Positions 17,314 through 26,726 are shown, counted from the stretch's first letter. The stretch: DNA of 64,000 nt from Minisyncoccota bacterium (GCA_041389045.1 JAWKSQ010000001.1:139063-203062), one strand, 5' to 3'. Notes: generated by a model from the letters alone, not told the origin. A program made the numbers and translations.

Positions 17314-18822
17314 ATGTTCCGAATCGGAAAGACTTTGTCGGATAAAAAAATACTTCTCGGGTATTTGCTTAGTGGCTTATGTTTAGGAATCGGTTTTTTG
17401 GTACCGACTCTTTGGGTGGTGGTTATCTTTGGGGTTGCTAGTTTTGTTTGGTTAGTGACATTAAGTGATAAATATAAAGTACTAGCGATCGGCGGTTTGA
17501 TGGCCTGGACAAGTAAAACTTTATTCGCTATCAGTTGGTTTTGGTCAGTTTACCCGATTAGTGTCTTTGATTTAGATATTGGTTACTCAGGCCTGTTAGT
17601 AATTTTTATGTACTGGTCATACGTTGGCGTATCTATCGGATTGGCTGGTCTATTTTTTGCCTTAATTTGTTCATTTCTATATAAAAATTTTTCCAAAAAG
17701 TTTTTTATTTTGACACTCCCATTTTTCTGGCTTTTATTTGAGATAACTGGCTCATATCTATTCACGTTGTTTTCTCTTGGAGAAGGGGGAACTTTAAATG
17801 GGGTATTTAGTTTTGGTTATATTGGGTATCTCCTGGCCGAGCATCCTTGGCTTTTGCAGATAGCCAATTTCGGTGGAGTTTTTACCCTTACTCTAGTAAC
17901 GGTTTTCTTGGGAGTTGGACTCTGGCAAATTTTAACAAATGACGGTTTTACCAAGAGAGTTCAAATCATAGGAATAGTTTTGCTGGTTGTTTGGATTTCT
18001 GGCTTCCTTATCGATCCAAAACCGATTGATAATTCAGTTAATAAAATTAAAGTAGCCATTGTTGATACAAATTTTAGTGGTCGAGAATATTCGTCTCGCT
18101 CAGATAGGGCGGAATATCATGCTAAGCAAATGCGTGAAGCCCTAAAAACTGCCTTGGAAGCAGAAGTTGATTATGTAGTGATGTCTGAGGATTCACGATA
18201 TATAGACGCCAGATTATCACCCCTTTCGGCTTATTCAATATTTCGCTTCGATCATGCCGACACAGAGGCCGTGGTCATTGAAGCGGGTCGGACACCGATG
18301 CCGGGCGGAGTGGTTACTTTGCGAGCAACTATCTACGACGGACAGGCCAAGACAGCTTATGGAGTAGACAAACAATACTTGGTACCACAAGGAGAATACA
18401 TGCCAAAAATTTCCACAGCAGTTATGAATTTATTTGGTTTATCTGAAACGGCCAAAGATATCGATAGTCGAGTACTTTATAGACCGGGTCCCTTATTCTC
18501 ACAGTCCGCTTTACCTAGTCATGTGCCAGGAGTTTTGTTTTGTTTTGCTACCGCTGATCCTTTAGGAGTATTTAAGTTAACTCGAGAACGAGCATTACCG
18601 TTTATTGCTCATCCGGTGTCACACGCTTGGTTTAATAATCCATATACACTATGGCATCAGTTCGATACCATGCTCAAGGTGCAGGCCGTTTGGAATAATG
18701 TGCCGATAGTGTCGGCCGGCAATAAAATCTCAGGTGCCCTCTACACAGAAAATGGTCTCAAGGTAGAGCCAGAAGTGTTTGCCAGCGGAGAAAGTTGGCA
18801 GGTTAAGCTAGTGGAGTTTTAG
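17314..18822 (+). CDS. apolipoprotein N-acyltransferase-like protein (polytopic N-terminus + CN-hydrolase domain)
   Basis: Multi-TM N-terminal half. C-terminal half has VVMSED (Glu), DKQYLVPQGEYMP (Lys, close to the Lnt DKxHLVPFGEY block) and LFCFATAD (Cys). Confidence 0.55.
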   Translation: MFRIGKTLSDKKILLGYLLSGLCLGIGFLVPTLWVVVIFGVASFVWLVTLSDKYKVLAIGGLMAWTSKTLFAISWFWSVYPISVFDLDIGYSGLLVIFMYWSYVGVSIGLAGLFFALICSFLYKNFSKKFFILTLPFFWLLFEITGSYLFTLFSLGEGGTLNGVFSFGYIGYLLAEHPWLLQIANFGGVFTLTLVTVFLGVGLWQILTNDGFTKRVQIIGIVLLVVWISGFLIDPKPIDNSVNKIKVAIVDTNFSGREYSSRSDRAEYHAKQMREALKTALEAEVDYVVMSEDSRYIDARLSPLSAYSIFRFDHADTEAVVIEAGRTPMPGGVVTLRATIYDGQAKTAYGVDKQYLVPQGEYMPKISTAVMNLFGLSETAKDIDSRVLYRPGPLFSQSALPSHVPGVLFCFATADPLGVFKLTRERALPFIAHPVSHAWFNNPYTLWHQFDTMLKVQAVWNNVPIVSAGNKISGALYTENGLKVEPEVFASGESWQVKLVEF

Positions 18823-20083
18823 CTAGACGGTCGAGTTCTTCCTGGACGACTGCGGCGTCGCTCCAAACAGTCTTTTGCCCATGTGGACCCATGATGTATG
18901 GATCAGTTCCTTTACCAGAGATAAGAACATGGCCACCAAAAGGTACTACCTCTAGAGCTTTACGAATCGCGAGCCTACGGTCAAGAATAATTTCTAGTTT
19001 ACTAGTATCAGCTATTCCTCTAGCCATCTGGTCAATTATTTGTTTTGGGTCTTCGTCGTACGGATCTTCATTGGTGAGGATTATATAGTCACAGTACTTG
19101 TCGGCTAAAGCGCCCATTTCTGGTCTTTTCCAAGTGTCTCTGCCACCGCCAGTGTTACCAAGGACACAAACTTTCTTAGTATTAGGGAAGGCCTGGTAAA
19201 GTTTTTCTAAAGAGTCTGGAGTATGAGCGTAGTCCACTACGGCTGTTAGTTGTTTAGGGGCACTCTTTTGTGGAGTGAACTTTTCTACTCGTCCAGAAAT
19301 AGGTGGAAAATCACGTAAGGCCTTGTCGATGGTTTGGAAAGAAATATTAAGCGCTCGAGCCAAAGTGATGGCCGCTAAGATATTGTAGACGTTGAAAAGC
19401 CCGATGAGTGGTACTCGGATAGTGACGTCGCCAAAGACTAGACTCACACTGTCACGGTGTAGTGAATGCAGGGACATATTTTTAAGACTGTAGGGAAGAG
19501 GGTGTTCGACTTTGAAATCCAGAAAATCTTGTCCGTGTTCGTCGTCGACATTTACTACTAGGTAGCGCGGTCTTTTAATGGACTGCTCAAGTCTTTTAGC
19601 GATAGACAATTTAGCCTTTTTGTATTTTTCAAAAGAACCATGAGACTCGATGTGTTCTGGTGTCAGGTTGGTGAAGATAAGAGCGTCCATTTCAATAAAC
19701 TGGTGTCGAAATTGTTTCGCGCCTTCTGAAGTCATCTCGATAACCGCGTGAGTACAGCCAGCTGTCACCGCTCGACGTAAAAAACTCTGGACGAAGAAAC
19801 GGCCCGGCATGGTCATCTTAAATAGATTCCGCTCTCTTTCATCGCCAATCTTAAATTGGATAGTAGACAGGGAAGCAACTTTGTGTCCGTTAGCTTCAAG
19901 GATTCGCGTCATGATCTCAGTCACCGAAGACTTACCTTTGGTGCCTGTGACAGCGATAACCATGATTTCCCGAGACGGGTTTTTATACCATTTAGCAGCT
20001 GTGTAGGCTAAAGCCAAATGATAAGGCGGACGGACAACGTCGAGGATTTTTCGTGGTATTAAAGACTTTAATTTGGCTATCAT
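18803..20083 (-). CDS. murE: Mur ligase family protein, MurE-like
   Basis: P-loop AVTGTKGKSSVTE, DYAHTPDSLEKLY and a C-terminal Mur ligase domain. Lacks a long N-terminal domain. Confidence 0.65.
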   Translation of the reverse strand: MIAKLKSLIPRKILDVVRPPYHLALAYTAAKWYKNPSREIMVIAVTGTKGKSSVTEIMTRILEANGHKVASLSTIQFKIGDERERNLFKMTMPGRFFVQSFLRRAVTAGCTHAVIEMTSEGAKQFRHQFIEMDALIFTNLTPEHIESHGSFEKYKKAKLSIAKRLEQSIKRPRYLVVNVDDEHGQDFLDFKVEHPLPYSLKNMSLHSLHRDSVSLVFGDVTIRVPLIGLFNVYNILAAITLARALNISFQTIDKALRDFPPISGRVEKFTPQKSAPKQLTAVVDYAHTPDSLEKLYQAFPNTKKVCVLGNTGGGRDTWKRPEMGALADKYCDYIILTNEDPYDEDPKQIIDQMARGIADTSKLEIILDRRLAIRKALEVVPFGGHVLISGKGTDPYIMGPHGQKTVWSDAAVVQEELDRLAKTPLA

Positions 20084-20136
20084 TACTTTAGTATACGGAC
20101 ATTCCTACCTTTTGCCAAAACTTAAAGTTAATGGGG

Positions 20137-20724
20137 TTATGAAATCGGTATTTGCTTAAGAACAGACTGAATAAGTGTCTTAGCGTCAAGGGAAGGGTCT
20201 TGTTTTAGAACAAAATTACGAGCTTCCTTTTGGTCATAACCTAAGGTGATGAGGGCGTCGATAGCGTCAGTCTGGGCAGTGGTTAAGCTACCTTGGCTTG
20301 AGATACTTTCGATATCTGGTGTGATGGTATTGTCTATCTTACCTTCAAGGTGGGTCACAATATTGCTAGCAGTTTTTTTGCCGATGCCTGAGACTTTGTG
20401 TAGATGTTCGGCATCTTGGAGTAAAATAGCCGTCGCTAAGAGGTCGGGGCTAGCCTGACTAAGTATTTGTAGGGCAGACTTAGGTCCGATTTTGGGAATA
20501 GTGATTAGAAGTTCAAAATAACGTAGTTCTTTTTCTTCGATAAAGCCGTAAAGGTCCAGCGCCGTCTCTCTGACGGCCAAATAAGTATGAAGCAATACTG
20601 AGTCGCCGACTACAAAGGTGTGTTGACTTGCGTTGGTGTAGACCAAATAACCAATATTATGGACAGTGACAACCAAGCTGTTGTCAGTTTGAGCTACTAT
20701 GGTGCCTTCTAGGGAACGGATCAT
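20137..20724 (-). CDS. ruvA: Holliday junction DNA helicase subunit RuvA
   Basis: MIRSLEGTIV..VHNIGYLVY OB-fold start, HhH region (IPKIGPKSALQIL, VSGIGKKTASNIV) and a C-terminal domain III. Confidence 0.85.
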   Translation of the reverse strand: MIRSLEGTIVAQTDNSLVVTVHNIGYLVYTNASQHTFVVGDSVLLHTYLAVRETALDLYGFIEEKELRYFELLITIPKIGPKSALQILSQASPDLLATAILLQDAEHLHKVSGIGKKTASNIVTHLEGKIDNTITPDIESISSQGSLTTAQTDAIDALITLGYDQKEARNFVLKQDPSLDAKTLIQSVLKQIPIS

Positions 20725-20821
20725 AAGTATTTCACTATTCTACCCCAGTTGGGCCAATTAATGAAAACACCTTGCTTTTTTGATTTCAATACCGTATAGT
20801 GCTGACACATAAAAAAATCAT

Positions 20822-21094
20822 ATGCCGATAACTAAAGGAGCAGAAAAGGCGAATCGCCAATCAGAGAAGAAAAGAATTTTTAACATTCGTCGTAAGAACG
20901 TGATGAGTGATGTTGTTAAGAGTGTAAATAAAGCTGTAACAGCTGGAGATGCAAAGAAGGCTAAGGAACTTTTGCCAAAGGCTTACCAGGCTATCGACAA
21001 AGCTGCTAAGCGTGGAGTCATCAAAGACAACACTGCTTCTCGCAAGAAGTCTCGTCTAACCGCTCGGGTAAAAGCAACTGAAGGAAAGAAGTAA
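20822..21094 (+). CDS. rpsT: 30S ribosomal protein S20
   Basis: KGAEKANRQSEKKRIFNIRRKN..AIDKAAKRGVIKDNTASRKKSRL. Confidence 0.9.
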   Translation: MPITKGAEKANRQSEKKRIFNIRRKNVMSDVVKSVNKAVTAGDAKKAKELLPKAYQAIDKAAKRGVIKDNTASRKKSRLTARVKATEGKK

Positions 21095-21120
21095 TCATTT
21101 AGCTTTATAAAGCAGACATA

Positions 21121-21149
21121 AAAAACCGCGCCTGAAGGCGCGGTTTTTT
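21121..21149 (+). terminator. rho-independent terminator
   Basis: AAAAACCGCGCC-TGAA-GGCGCGGTTTTTT. The same 27-mer recurs at 25903-25929. Confidence 0.8.
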
Positions 21150-21154
21150 ATTTT

Positions 21155-21192
21155 GAATACCACAATTAATTTCGAAATTAATTGTGGTATTC
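21155..21192. repeat. 38-bp perfect palindrome
   Basis: GAATACCACAATTAATTTCGAAATTAATTGTGGTATTC equals its own reverse complement (checked by hand). Lies between the rpsT terminator and the desaturase gene. Confidence 0.9.
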
Positions 21193-21324
21193 ATTAGCCT
21201 AAGCTTCTAGTTCTTAAGATAGTATGACAGTCAAGGATCTGAAAGATGCCAAATCTGCATTTATAACCATTTTTTGCTATACTCGCCGGTAGGTTAGTTC
21301 ATCAATTCTTGGGAGGAGCTCGTC

Positions 21325-22389
21325 ATGAGTGTCATTGATTTCTTAATCCATGGTTTCTTGGATTGGTCCTCTTGGTGGATCGTTCTTTATACATTGGTGA
21401 CGACGCATATTACCATTGTTTCTGTCACTATCTACCTACATCGGAGTCAAGCGCATATTGCGCTTAAACTCCAGGCAGTACCAGAGCACTTTTTCCGCTT
21501 CTGGTTGTGGGTTCATACCGGTATGCTTACAAAGGTGTGGCAATCTATCCACCGTAAGCATCACGCCAAGTGCGAGACGGAAGAAGATCCGCATAGTCCA
21601 GTTGCTCACGGCATAAAGAAAGTGTTCTGGCAGGGGGCGGAACTCTACCGGGCCGAGGCGAAAAACGAGGAGACTATGATCAGGTATGGTTATGGTGCTC
21701 CTTATGACTGGCTTGAGAGAAATCTCTATAGTCGATACCCAAAGTTGGGAGTAACCATTCTCCTGTTTATCAACGTTTTCCTTTTTGGAGTACTAGGGTT
21801 AACTGTCTGGGCGGTACAGATGGCCTGGATTCCGGTCCTAGCGGCGGGCGTGGTTAACGGGGTGGGACACTACTGGGGTCAGCGGACTTTTTCTCCACCG
21901 GATGAGTCGAGGAACATTTTTCCTTTGGGAATCTTGATTGGTGGAGAGGAGCTTCACAACAACCATCATACCTACCCGGCTTCTGCCAAGTTGTCAGTGG
22001 AGTGGTATGAGTTTGATATCGGGTGGTTATACATCCGGTTCCTTGAACTCCTTCGTTTGGCAAAGGTAAATAGGAAGCATTTAGCACCACGAGTGCAAAT
22101 TGCGCATCATACGAACACGCCAGAGGAGACAGTGCGTGTAGTGGTGGTAATGCGATTCGAATTGCTACGGCAGTTTGACGCCTTGGTCAAAGATGTGCCT
22201 GCTACTAGTCGCGAGCTTGTTCAGCAATTGCGGAAAGAGCTCACTTCTCTCTGGGAGGACAAAACCCTGACCGTCGAAACTCGGCTGGAGAGGTTCTCTG
22301 ATTGGTGCCTTAAGGCTCGTAGTAGCGGAGTACTCTGGCTTGATGGCCTGGTCTCCCTGCTCCCGTATTGGCGGGTGGTGCGGGGATAA
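21325..22389 (+). CDS. membrane fatty-acid (acyl-CoA/acyl-lipid delta-9-like) desaturase
   Basis: Three His boxes (HRSQAH, HRKHH, HNNHH) and TM segments. Confidence 0.8.
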   Translation: MSVIDFLIHGFLDWSSWWIVLYTLVTTHITIVSVTIYLHRSQAHIALKLQAVPEHFFRFWLWVHTGMLTKVWQSIHRKHHAKCETEEDPHSPVAHGIKKVFWQGAELYRAEAKNEETMIRYGYGAPYDWLERNLYSRYPKLGVTILLFINVFLFGVLGLTVWAVQMAWIPVLAAGVVNGVGHYWGQRTFSPPDESRNIFPLGILIGGEELHNNHHTYPASAKLSVEWYEFDIGWLYIRFLELLRLAKVNRKHLAPRVQIAHHTNTPEETVRVVVVMRFELLRQFDALVKDVPATSRELVQQLRKELTSLWEDKTLTVETRLERFSDWCLKARSSGVLWLDGLVSLLPYWRVVRG

Positions 22390-22451
22390 GTTCTTATATA
22401 CCGCATGTGTGAAAAAGCTGGGTACCCATCCCCAGCTTTTTTGTTTTCTAA

Positions 22452-23303
22452 TTAACTGTCTATTTGTAGATAATTTTTTGCTTCGAGGATAGTAATGATA
22501 GCTTCCGCCATATCACCGTCAGTGATAGCTTCGTTGACGTCTTGGAGTTGTTTTTCGATATTATCTTGATCACTAGTTTCCAATCGGTCCAAATTATCTG
22601 TTATAAAATTCACTGCCTCACTTAAGTACTGCGAAGAGGTTTCAGGTCCCTCGGTTTCCAAATAGTCATCGACTTCGTTAGTGAGAGTGGTTTCAGTTAG
22701 GTTAGAAGATTCGCCGATTTTTTCAACAAGCATAGGGTTGGCGTCTGTGTCATCTAAAGCATCCTCGTGCTTTTGGGTAACGTCATTAAGTTTTGATAGG
22801 AGGGAGATTTTATTTTCTGCCGTTTCCGCGTCAGTGTTTTCTACAGCATTTAATATAGAGACAGCTTCGGACACATGTTCACTTACTTGTTCGGCAAAAA
22901 AGGTGAGGTCGACAGGTTCGCTTTGGTTGGCAGATACTAGGGTTAATTCTTCAAGGCGAGTGTTAAGACGTTCAATCTCAAAACCAACTTTGTCAGTAGG
23001 TTCGAGATGAGTTAAGGCTATAATTTCTTCAATCACGTTTACTTTAACCGGGTAAAGCGTATCTCCTGGTAAACTGCCCTGTGCTAAATACCCGGTGCTA
23101 AAGAAAATGACAAACACAGCAAAAGCGCCAGAGAAAGCTCTTAGTTGCCAAGTAGAAAAGATTGAATATGGTGATGGTTGCGGAGTTTGATTCAAAGACA
23201 AAGTGGCCTGACTAAGTAAAAACGCCTTCATAGAAGTCTTTTCTTCGACACTGAGTTGTAGGTCCTTTCCGGTTTTTAGTTTTTCTTCTATGTCTATTTT
23301 CAT
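22452..23303 (-). CDS. DUF5667-like anti-sigma/membrane protein
   Basis: TM segment followed by GDTLYPVKVNVIEEI and a long acidic helical domain. Overlaps the upstream ECF sigma gene by 4 nt (ATGA). Confidence 0.5.
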   Translation of the reverse strand: MKIDIEEKLKTGKDLQLSVEEKTSMKAFLLSQATLSLNQTPQPSPYSIFSTWQLRAFSGAFAVFVIFFSTGYLAQGSLPGDTLYPVKVNVIEEIIALTHLEPTDKVGFEIERLNTRLEELTLVSANQSEPVDLTFFAEQVSEHVSEAVSILNAVENTDAETAENKISLLSKLNDVTQKHEDALDDTDANPMLVEKIGESSNLTETTLTNEVDDYLETEGPETSSQYLSEAVNFITDNLDRLETSDQDNIEKQLQDVNEAITDGDMAEAIITILEAKNYLQIDS

Positions 23304-23800
23304 GTTGATGTTTCGTAAATTTTCTTGAGTGCCTCCAGACCTCTTTTAATGCGCATGGATATGTTGGTTTCCTTCTCTTCGAGGATGACCGCAATATCCT
23401 TTACCGGTAAGTCTTCAATATACCTCATGATAAGAACAGTTCGATAGGATTCATTGATTTGATTTAGTTTGGCTAGAAGTTCATTATGGTTAGCCTCATT
23501 CTCGCTATTGGTTTTGGGGTCAACTGGTTCATAACCAGTGTCTGTCATTTCCTCGAGCGAGTATTTACTGCGGTTGGTCCTAATTTCATTTATGAACAAA
23601 TTGTGGGCTATTTTATATAAGAAAGCCTTCTCGTACTTGATGTCTGTACCACTAACTAAGCTTTGCCAAGCTTTCAAAAAAACATCTTGGGTTAACTCCT
23701 TAGCTCTTTCTCTGTCACCAAGTTTAAAAAACAAGTACCGAAATATTCCATCGGCATACTTGTCATAGAGATTCTCAAATAAACTTAAGGGTTTATTCAT
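23300..23800 (-). CDS. ECF-type RNA polymerase sigma-70 factor
   Basis: Region 2 (ELTQDVFLKAWQ) and region 4 HTH (LPVKDIAVILEEKETNISMRIKRGLEALKK). I place the start at the ATG (MNKPL), not the upstream GTG of the ORF track. Confidence 0.8.
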   Translation of the reverse strand: MNKPLSLFENLYDKYADGIFRYLFFKLGDRERAKELTQDVFLKAWQSLVSGTDIKYEKAFLYKIAHNLFINEIRTNRSKYSLEEMTDTGYEPVDPKTNSENEANHNELLAKLNQINESYRTVLIMRYIEDLPVKDIAVILEEKETNISMRIKRGLEALKKIYETST

Positions 23801-23803
23801 AGG

Positions 23804-23875
23804 TATAGACACAGCATACGAGAAAATCTCACAATTGTCAGGCAGTGTGAGATTTTTGCACGAGCCGTGTCTATA
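23804..23875 (-). promoter_or_regulatory. nested inverted repeat in the sigma-factor leader
   Basis: Outer arms are TATAGACAC / GTGTCTATA. Inner arms are the 11-bp AAAATCTCACA / TGTGAGATTTT. It ends 3 nt upstream of the sigma start codon. Confidence 0.5.
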
Positions 23876-23943
23876 TAGTTAAGCAAAGAGTCGATACTAA
23901 TTAAGTGTCCCTTAACGCTGTTAAAAAGATATTAAAAAAATAA

Positions 23944-25875
23944 ATGTATATGAATAGTTTTATTAAAAAAAGTGTTTTAGGGGGAATCATGGCTGTGACT
24001 ATGGTGACTGCGACTGTACCTCTACAAAGAGCGGAGGCGGTTAGCATGACTGATTTGCAGGCGCAGATTCAAGCTTTGTTGGCCCAGATTAATTCCTTAA
24101 AGAAGGTGGTAGACAGTGCGCCGGCCACGACTTGTAGTCCGTTTCTGACGAATCTAACCTTAGGTGATTCAGGTACTGGAGTCACTACTCTACAGAAGTT
24201 TTTACTCAGTCGAGGTCATGTCATCCCAGCTGGGGCAACTGGCTATTATGGTGAACAGACTCGTAGTGCAGTAGCTGCCTTTCAGCTTGCACAAGGAGTT
24301 AGTCCTAGTGCCGGAAATTTTGGACCACTGACCAGAGCAAAGGCTAATGCTCTATGTGTGCCGACGGTCGTAACTACGCCAGTTAATAACACCACTCCAA
24401 CTACTACTGTCACCACTCCAAAGGATGATACAAAAGTCGTTCTAAAAGGGGAGGGTGAGCTAGAAAAGTTTCAGGTTAAGAATGGTGATGATACTAATCT
24501 AGAAGAAGGACAGCAAAATAAGTCAGTACTAGAACTTTCTTTCGTTGGTCGTTATGGTGATGTAAAGGTAAATCGTTTTGATTTAGGTTTTTCACCAGAT
24601 TTAGCTAACAATGAAGACGATCCTTGGGATACCTTTACTGAAGTGTCAGTCTGGGAAGGTAACACCAGATTAGCTAAAGTTGATGGTAGTAAAAAGTCTA
24701 ACTGGAAAGAAGATAAGCAAATAAGTGGCTATACTCTAAGAATGTCAGGGCTCGATTATTTGGTAAAAGAAAATAAAGAAGTCGAACTGACGGTGAAGGT
24801 TACCACGCAAAAAAGTATTAAGGGTACTGATGATGGTGAAATTTGGAACATCTTCGTCCCTAACAACGGAATTAGAGGTGTAGACGCAGCTAATGCAAAT
24901 GTCTACTTGGGTGATACGGCTGATTACGTCACTGTCAGTATTGATAAGGCTGGTAGTACTGACGAACTGATCGTTAAGCGTTCAGACGCAGACCCAGACG
25001 CTACTACTTTTGAACTAAAAGACGATAGTAAGACGGGATTTATCAAGGTGTTTGCCTTCGATATCGATACTGACGACAGTACTCATGATATTGAACTCAG
25101 AAAATTGCCGATTTCACTAACTGTCAGTACTGGAACAGTGAACACCTTCATGCGAGACATCAGACTGAAAGCTCTAGGAAAAACCTACACGAAAAAAACT
25201 ATCACAGATGGAGTCACCAACAATGTTGTCTTTGACCTCAGTCGAAATGATTTCATTATTGATGGTGGTGACAGGATAACCGTTGAAGTAGAAGTAGAAT
25301 TCTATAAACTTTTGCCCGAGTTTGAAAATGCCACCATCACGAGTGAAGTAAATGTGTCCAGTATTGTCGCTGAAGGAGCTAGTAAGCTGACTGGTAGTAA
25401 GCTTTCAGGGAGAGCTTCTAGCGAAGAGCATACTCTGAGTACTAAAGGTATTTCAGTAAAGGCGACCTCAGTTACTAGTACCGTCACTGCAGTAAATGGG
25501 GCACTGAATGACTACGCTACATATATGATGGAACTGAGTGTGACAGCGTTCGGACAGGAGGTATACATTCCGGTCGGAGTTAATAGTGCTATCGAATATT
25601 CCCTTAAAGATGAACTCGGTAATACCATCCCCGCCCTTGGTGTCGCTATCCTCGATTCAAATGCTAAGTTGTCAGGAGATTACTACCGACTTAATAAGGG
25701 AGAGACTAAGAAATTCACTTTGGAGGTGAGCTATCAACCAGGTGTAGCCACTAGCTTAGCTAGACTACAACTACTCGGTATTAACTTTGCCAATAGTGCC
25801 ACTGCTCCAAACCAAAATTGGCGAGCAGTACCTGCTCAACACTTTAAGTCAGACGTAAAGTTAATTGTCGACTAA
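23944..25875 (+). CDS. secreted protein with a peptidoglycan-binding (PG_binding_1-like) domain and a large beta-rich C-terminal region
   Basis: Signal/TM N-terminus, coiled segment, LGDSGTGVTTLQKFL..YGEQTRSAVAAFQ, Thr/Pro linker. 643 aa. Confidence 0.65.
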   Translation: MYMNSFIKKSVLGGIMAVTMVTATVPLQRAEAVSMTDLQAQIQALLAQINSLKKVVDSAPATTCSPFLTNLTLGDSGTGVTTLQKFLLSRGHVIPAGATGYYGEQTRSAVAAFQLAQGVSPSAGNFGPLTRAKANALCVPTVVTTPVNNTTPTTTVTTPKDDTKVVLKGEGELEKFQVKNGDDTNLEEGQQNKSVLELSFVGRYGDVKVNRFDLGFSPDLANNEDDPWDTFTEVSVWEGNTRLAKVDGSKKSNWKEDKQISGYTLRMSGLDYLVKENKEVELTVKVTTQKSIKGTDDGEIWNIFVPNNGIRGVDAANANVYLGDTADYVTVSIDKAGSTDELIVKRSDADPDATTFELKDDSKTGFIKVFAFDIDTDDSTHDIELRKLPISLTVSTGTVNTFMRDIRLKALGKTYTKKTITDGVTNNVVFDLSRNDFIIDGGDRITVEVEVEFYKLLPEFENATITSEVNVSSIVAEGASKLTGSKLSGRASSEEHTLSTKGISVKATSVTSTVTAVNGALNDYATYMMELSVTAFGQEVYIPVGVNSAIEYSLKDELGNTIPALGVAILDSNAKLSGDYYRLNKGETKKFTLEVSYQPGVATSLARLQLLGINFANSATAPNQNWRAVPAQHFKSDVKLIVD

Positions 25876-25902
25876 AGGATAAGTTATAAAGTAACAAAAA
25901 AC

Positions 25903-25929
25903 AAAAACCGCGCCTGAAGGCGCGGTTTT
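25903..25929 (+). terminator. rho-independent terminator (same sequence as 21121-21149)
   Basis: AAAAACCGCGCCTGAAGGCGCGGTTTT. Confidence 0.8.
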
Positions 25930-25969
25930 GGTGTTGTAGGGTTATGTTTTAGTAAAATAAAAACCGCTG

Positions 25970-26056
25970 CGGAGGGAGAGGGATTCGAACCCTCGAAGAG
26001 CTTTCACCCTTAACAGTTTTCAAGACTGCCGCCTTCAACCACTCAGCCATCCCTCC
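25970..26056 (-). tRNA. tRNA-Ser (anticodon TGA)
   Basis: Acceptor GGAGGGA/TCCCTCC, D arm GCTGAGTGGTTGAAGGC, anticodon loop CTTGAAA, long variable arm, T arm GAGGG-TTCGAAT-CCCTC. No encoded CCA. Confidence 0.85.
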
Positions 26057-26152
26057 GCATCAGTTTCTATTTTCCGAGTATTCCCGTTAGCAACAGATAC
26101 TAGCAAATTAAGCCGAAATTGTACATAACACCTATGATACAATTTAAATCAA

Positions 26153-26619
26153 ATGGAACAATCACCACGCGCTATTACCTGGGAAGCCCCAGAGCATAAT
26201 CATACAGAAAAGGGAGGGGATTGGTTTTTTGCTTTCACTATTATATTTATCGCGATTGTTTTGTCAGCGATAATGTTTGGAAACACCCTCTTTGCGTTAC
26301 TAATGGGTATTTCGGGCTTGGCCCTGGCCATTTCAGTGTCTAAGCGACCAGCCATTATCCCTTACGCCGTTACGGTTAGAGGAATTAGAATTAATGAGGA
26401 GGTGTACCCGTATCCGGCGAAGCTTATTCGATTGATGAAGATGATCCTAAGGGTCCACAACTTCTAGTCCAATCAAAGCGTCACTTTATGCCCCTGTTGG
26501 TAATACCGCTACCACCAGACAATATTGATGACATTGAAGACATCCTTAAAGATCGATTACCGGAAGAGCATTTGGAAGAACCACTGTTCGTGAAAATACT
26601 GGAAATATTTGGATTTTAA
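26153..26619 (+). CDS. hypothetical small membrane protein, frame interrupted once
   Basis: ORF 26153-26467 (two TM segments) stops after ..INEEVYPY. An overlapping frame continues ..SIDEDDPKGPQLLVQSKRHFMPLLVIPLPPDNIDD..ILEIFGF to the stop at 26617-26619. The shift lies near 26410-26425. Confidence 0.5.
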
Positions 26620-26654
26620 GGTATGATGCTCCGACGAGTTTTGATGTATTAAAA

Positions 26655-26726
26655 GCTCTCGTAGTTTAATGGATAAAATGCTGGTTTGCGGTACCAGCGC
26701 TCCAGGTTCGATTCCTGGCGAGAGCA
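26655..26726 (+). tRNA. tRNA-Arg (anticodon GCG)
   Basis: Acceptor GCTCTCG/CGAGAGC, anticodon stem CTGGT/ACCAG with loop TTGCGGT, T arm CCAGG-TTCGATT-CCTGG, discriminator A. No encoded CCA. Confidence 0.75.
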
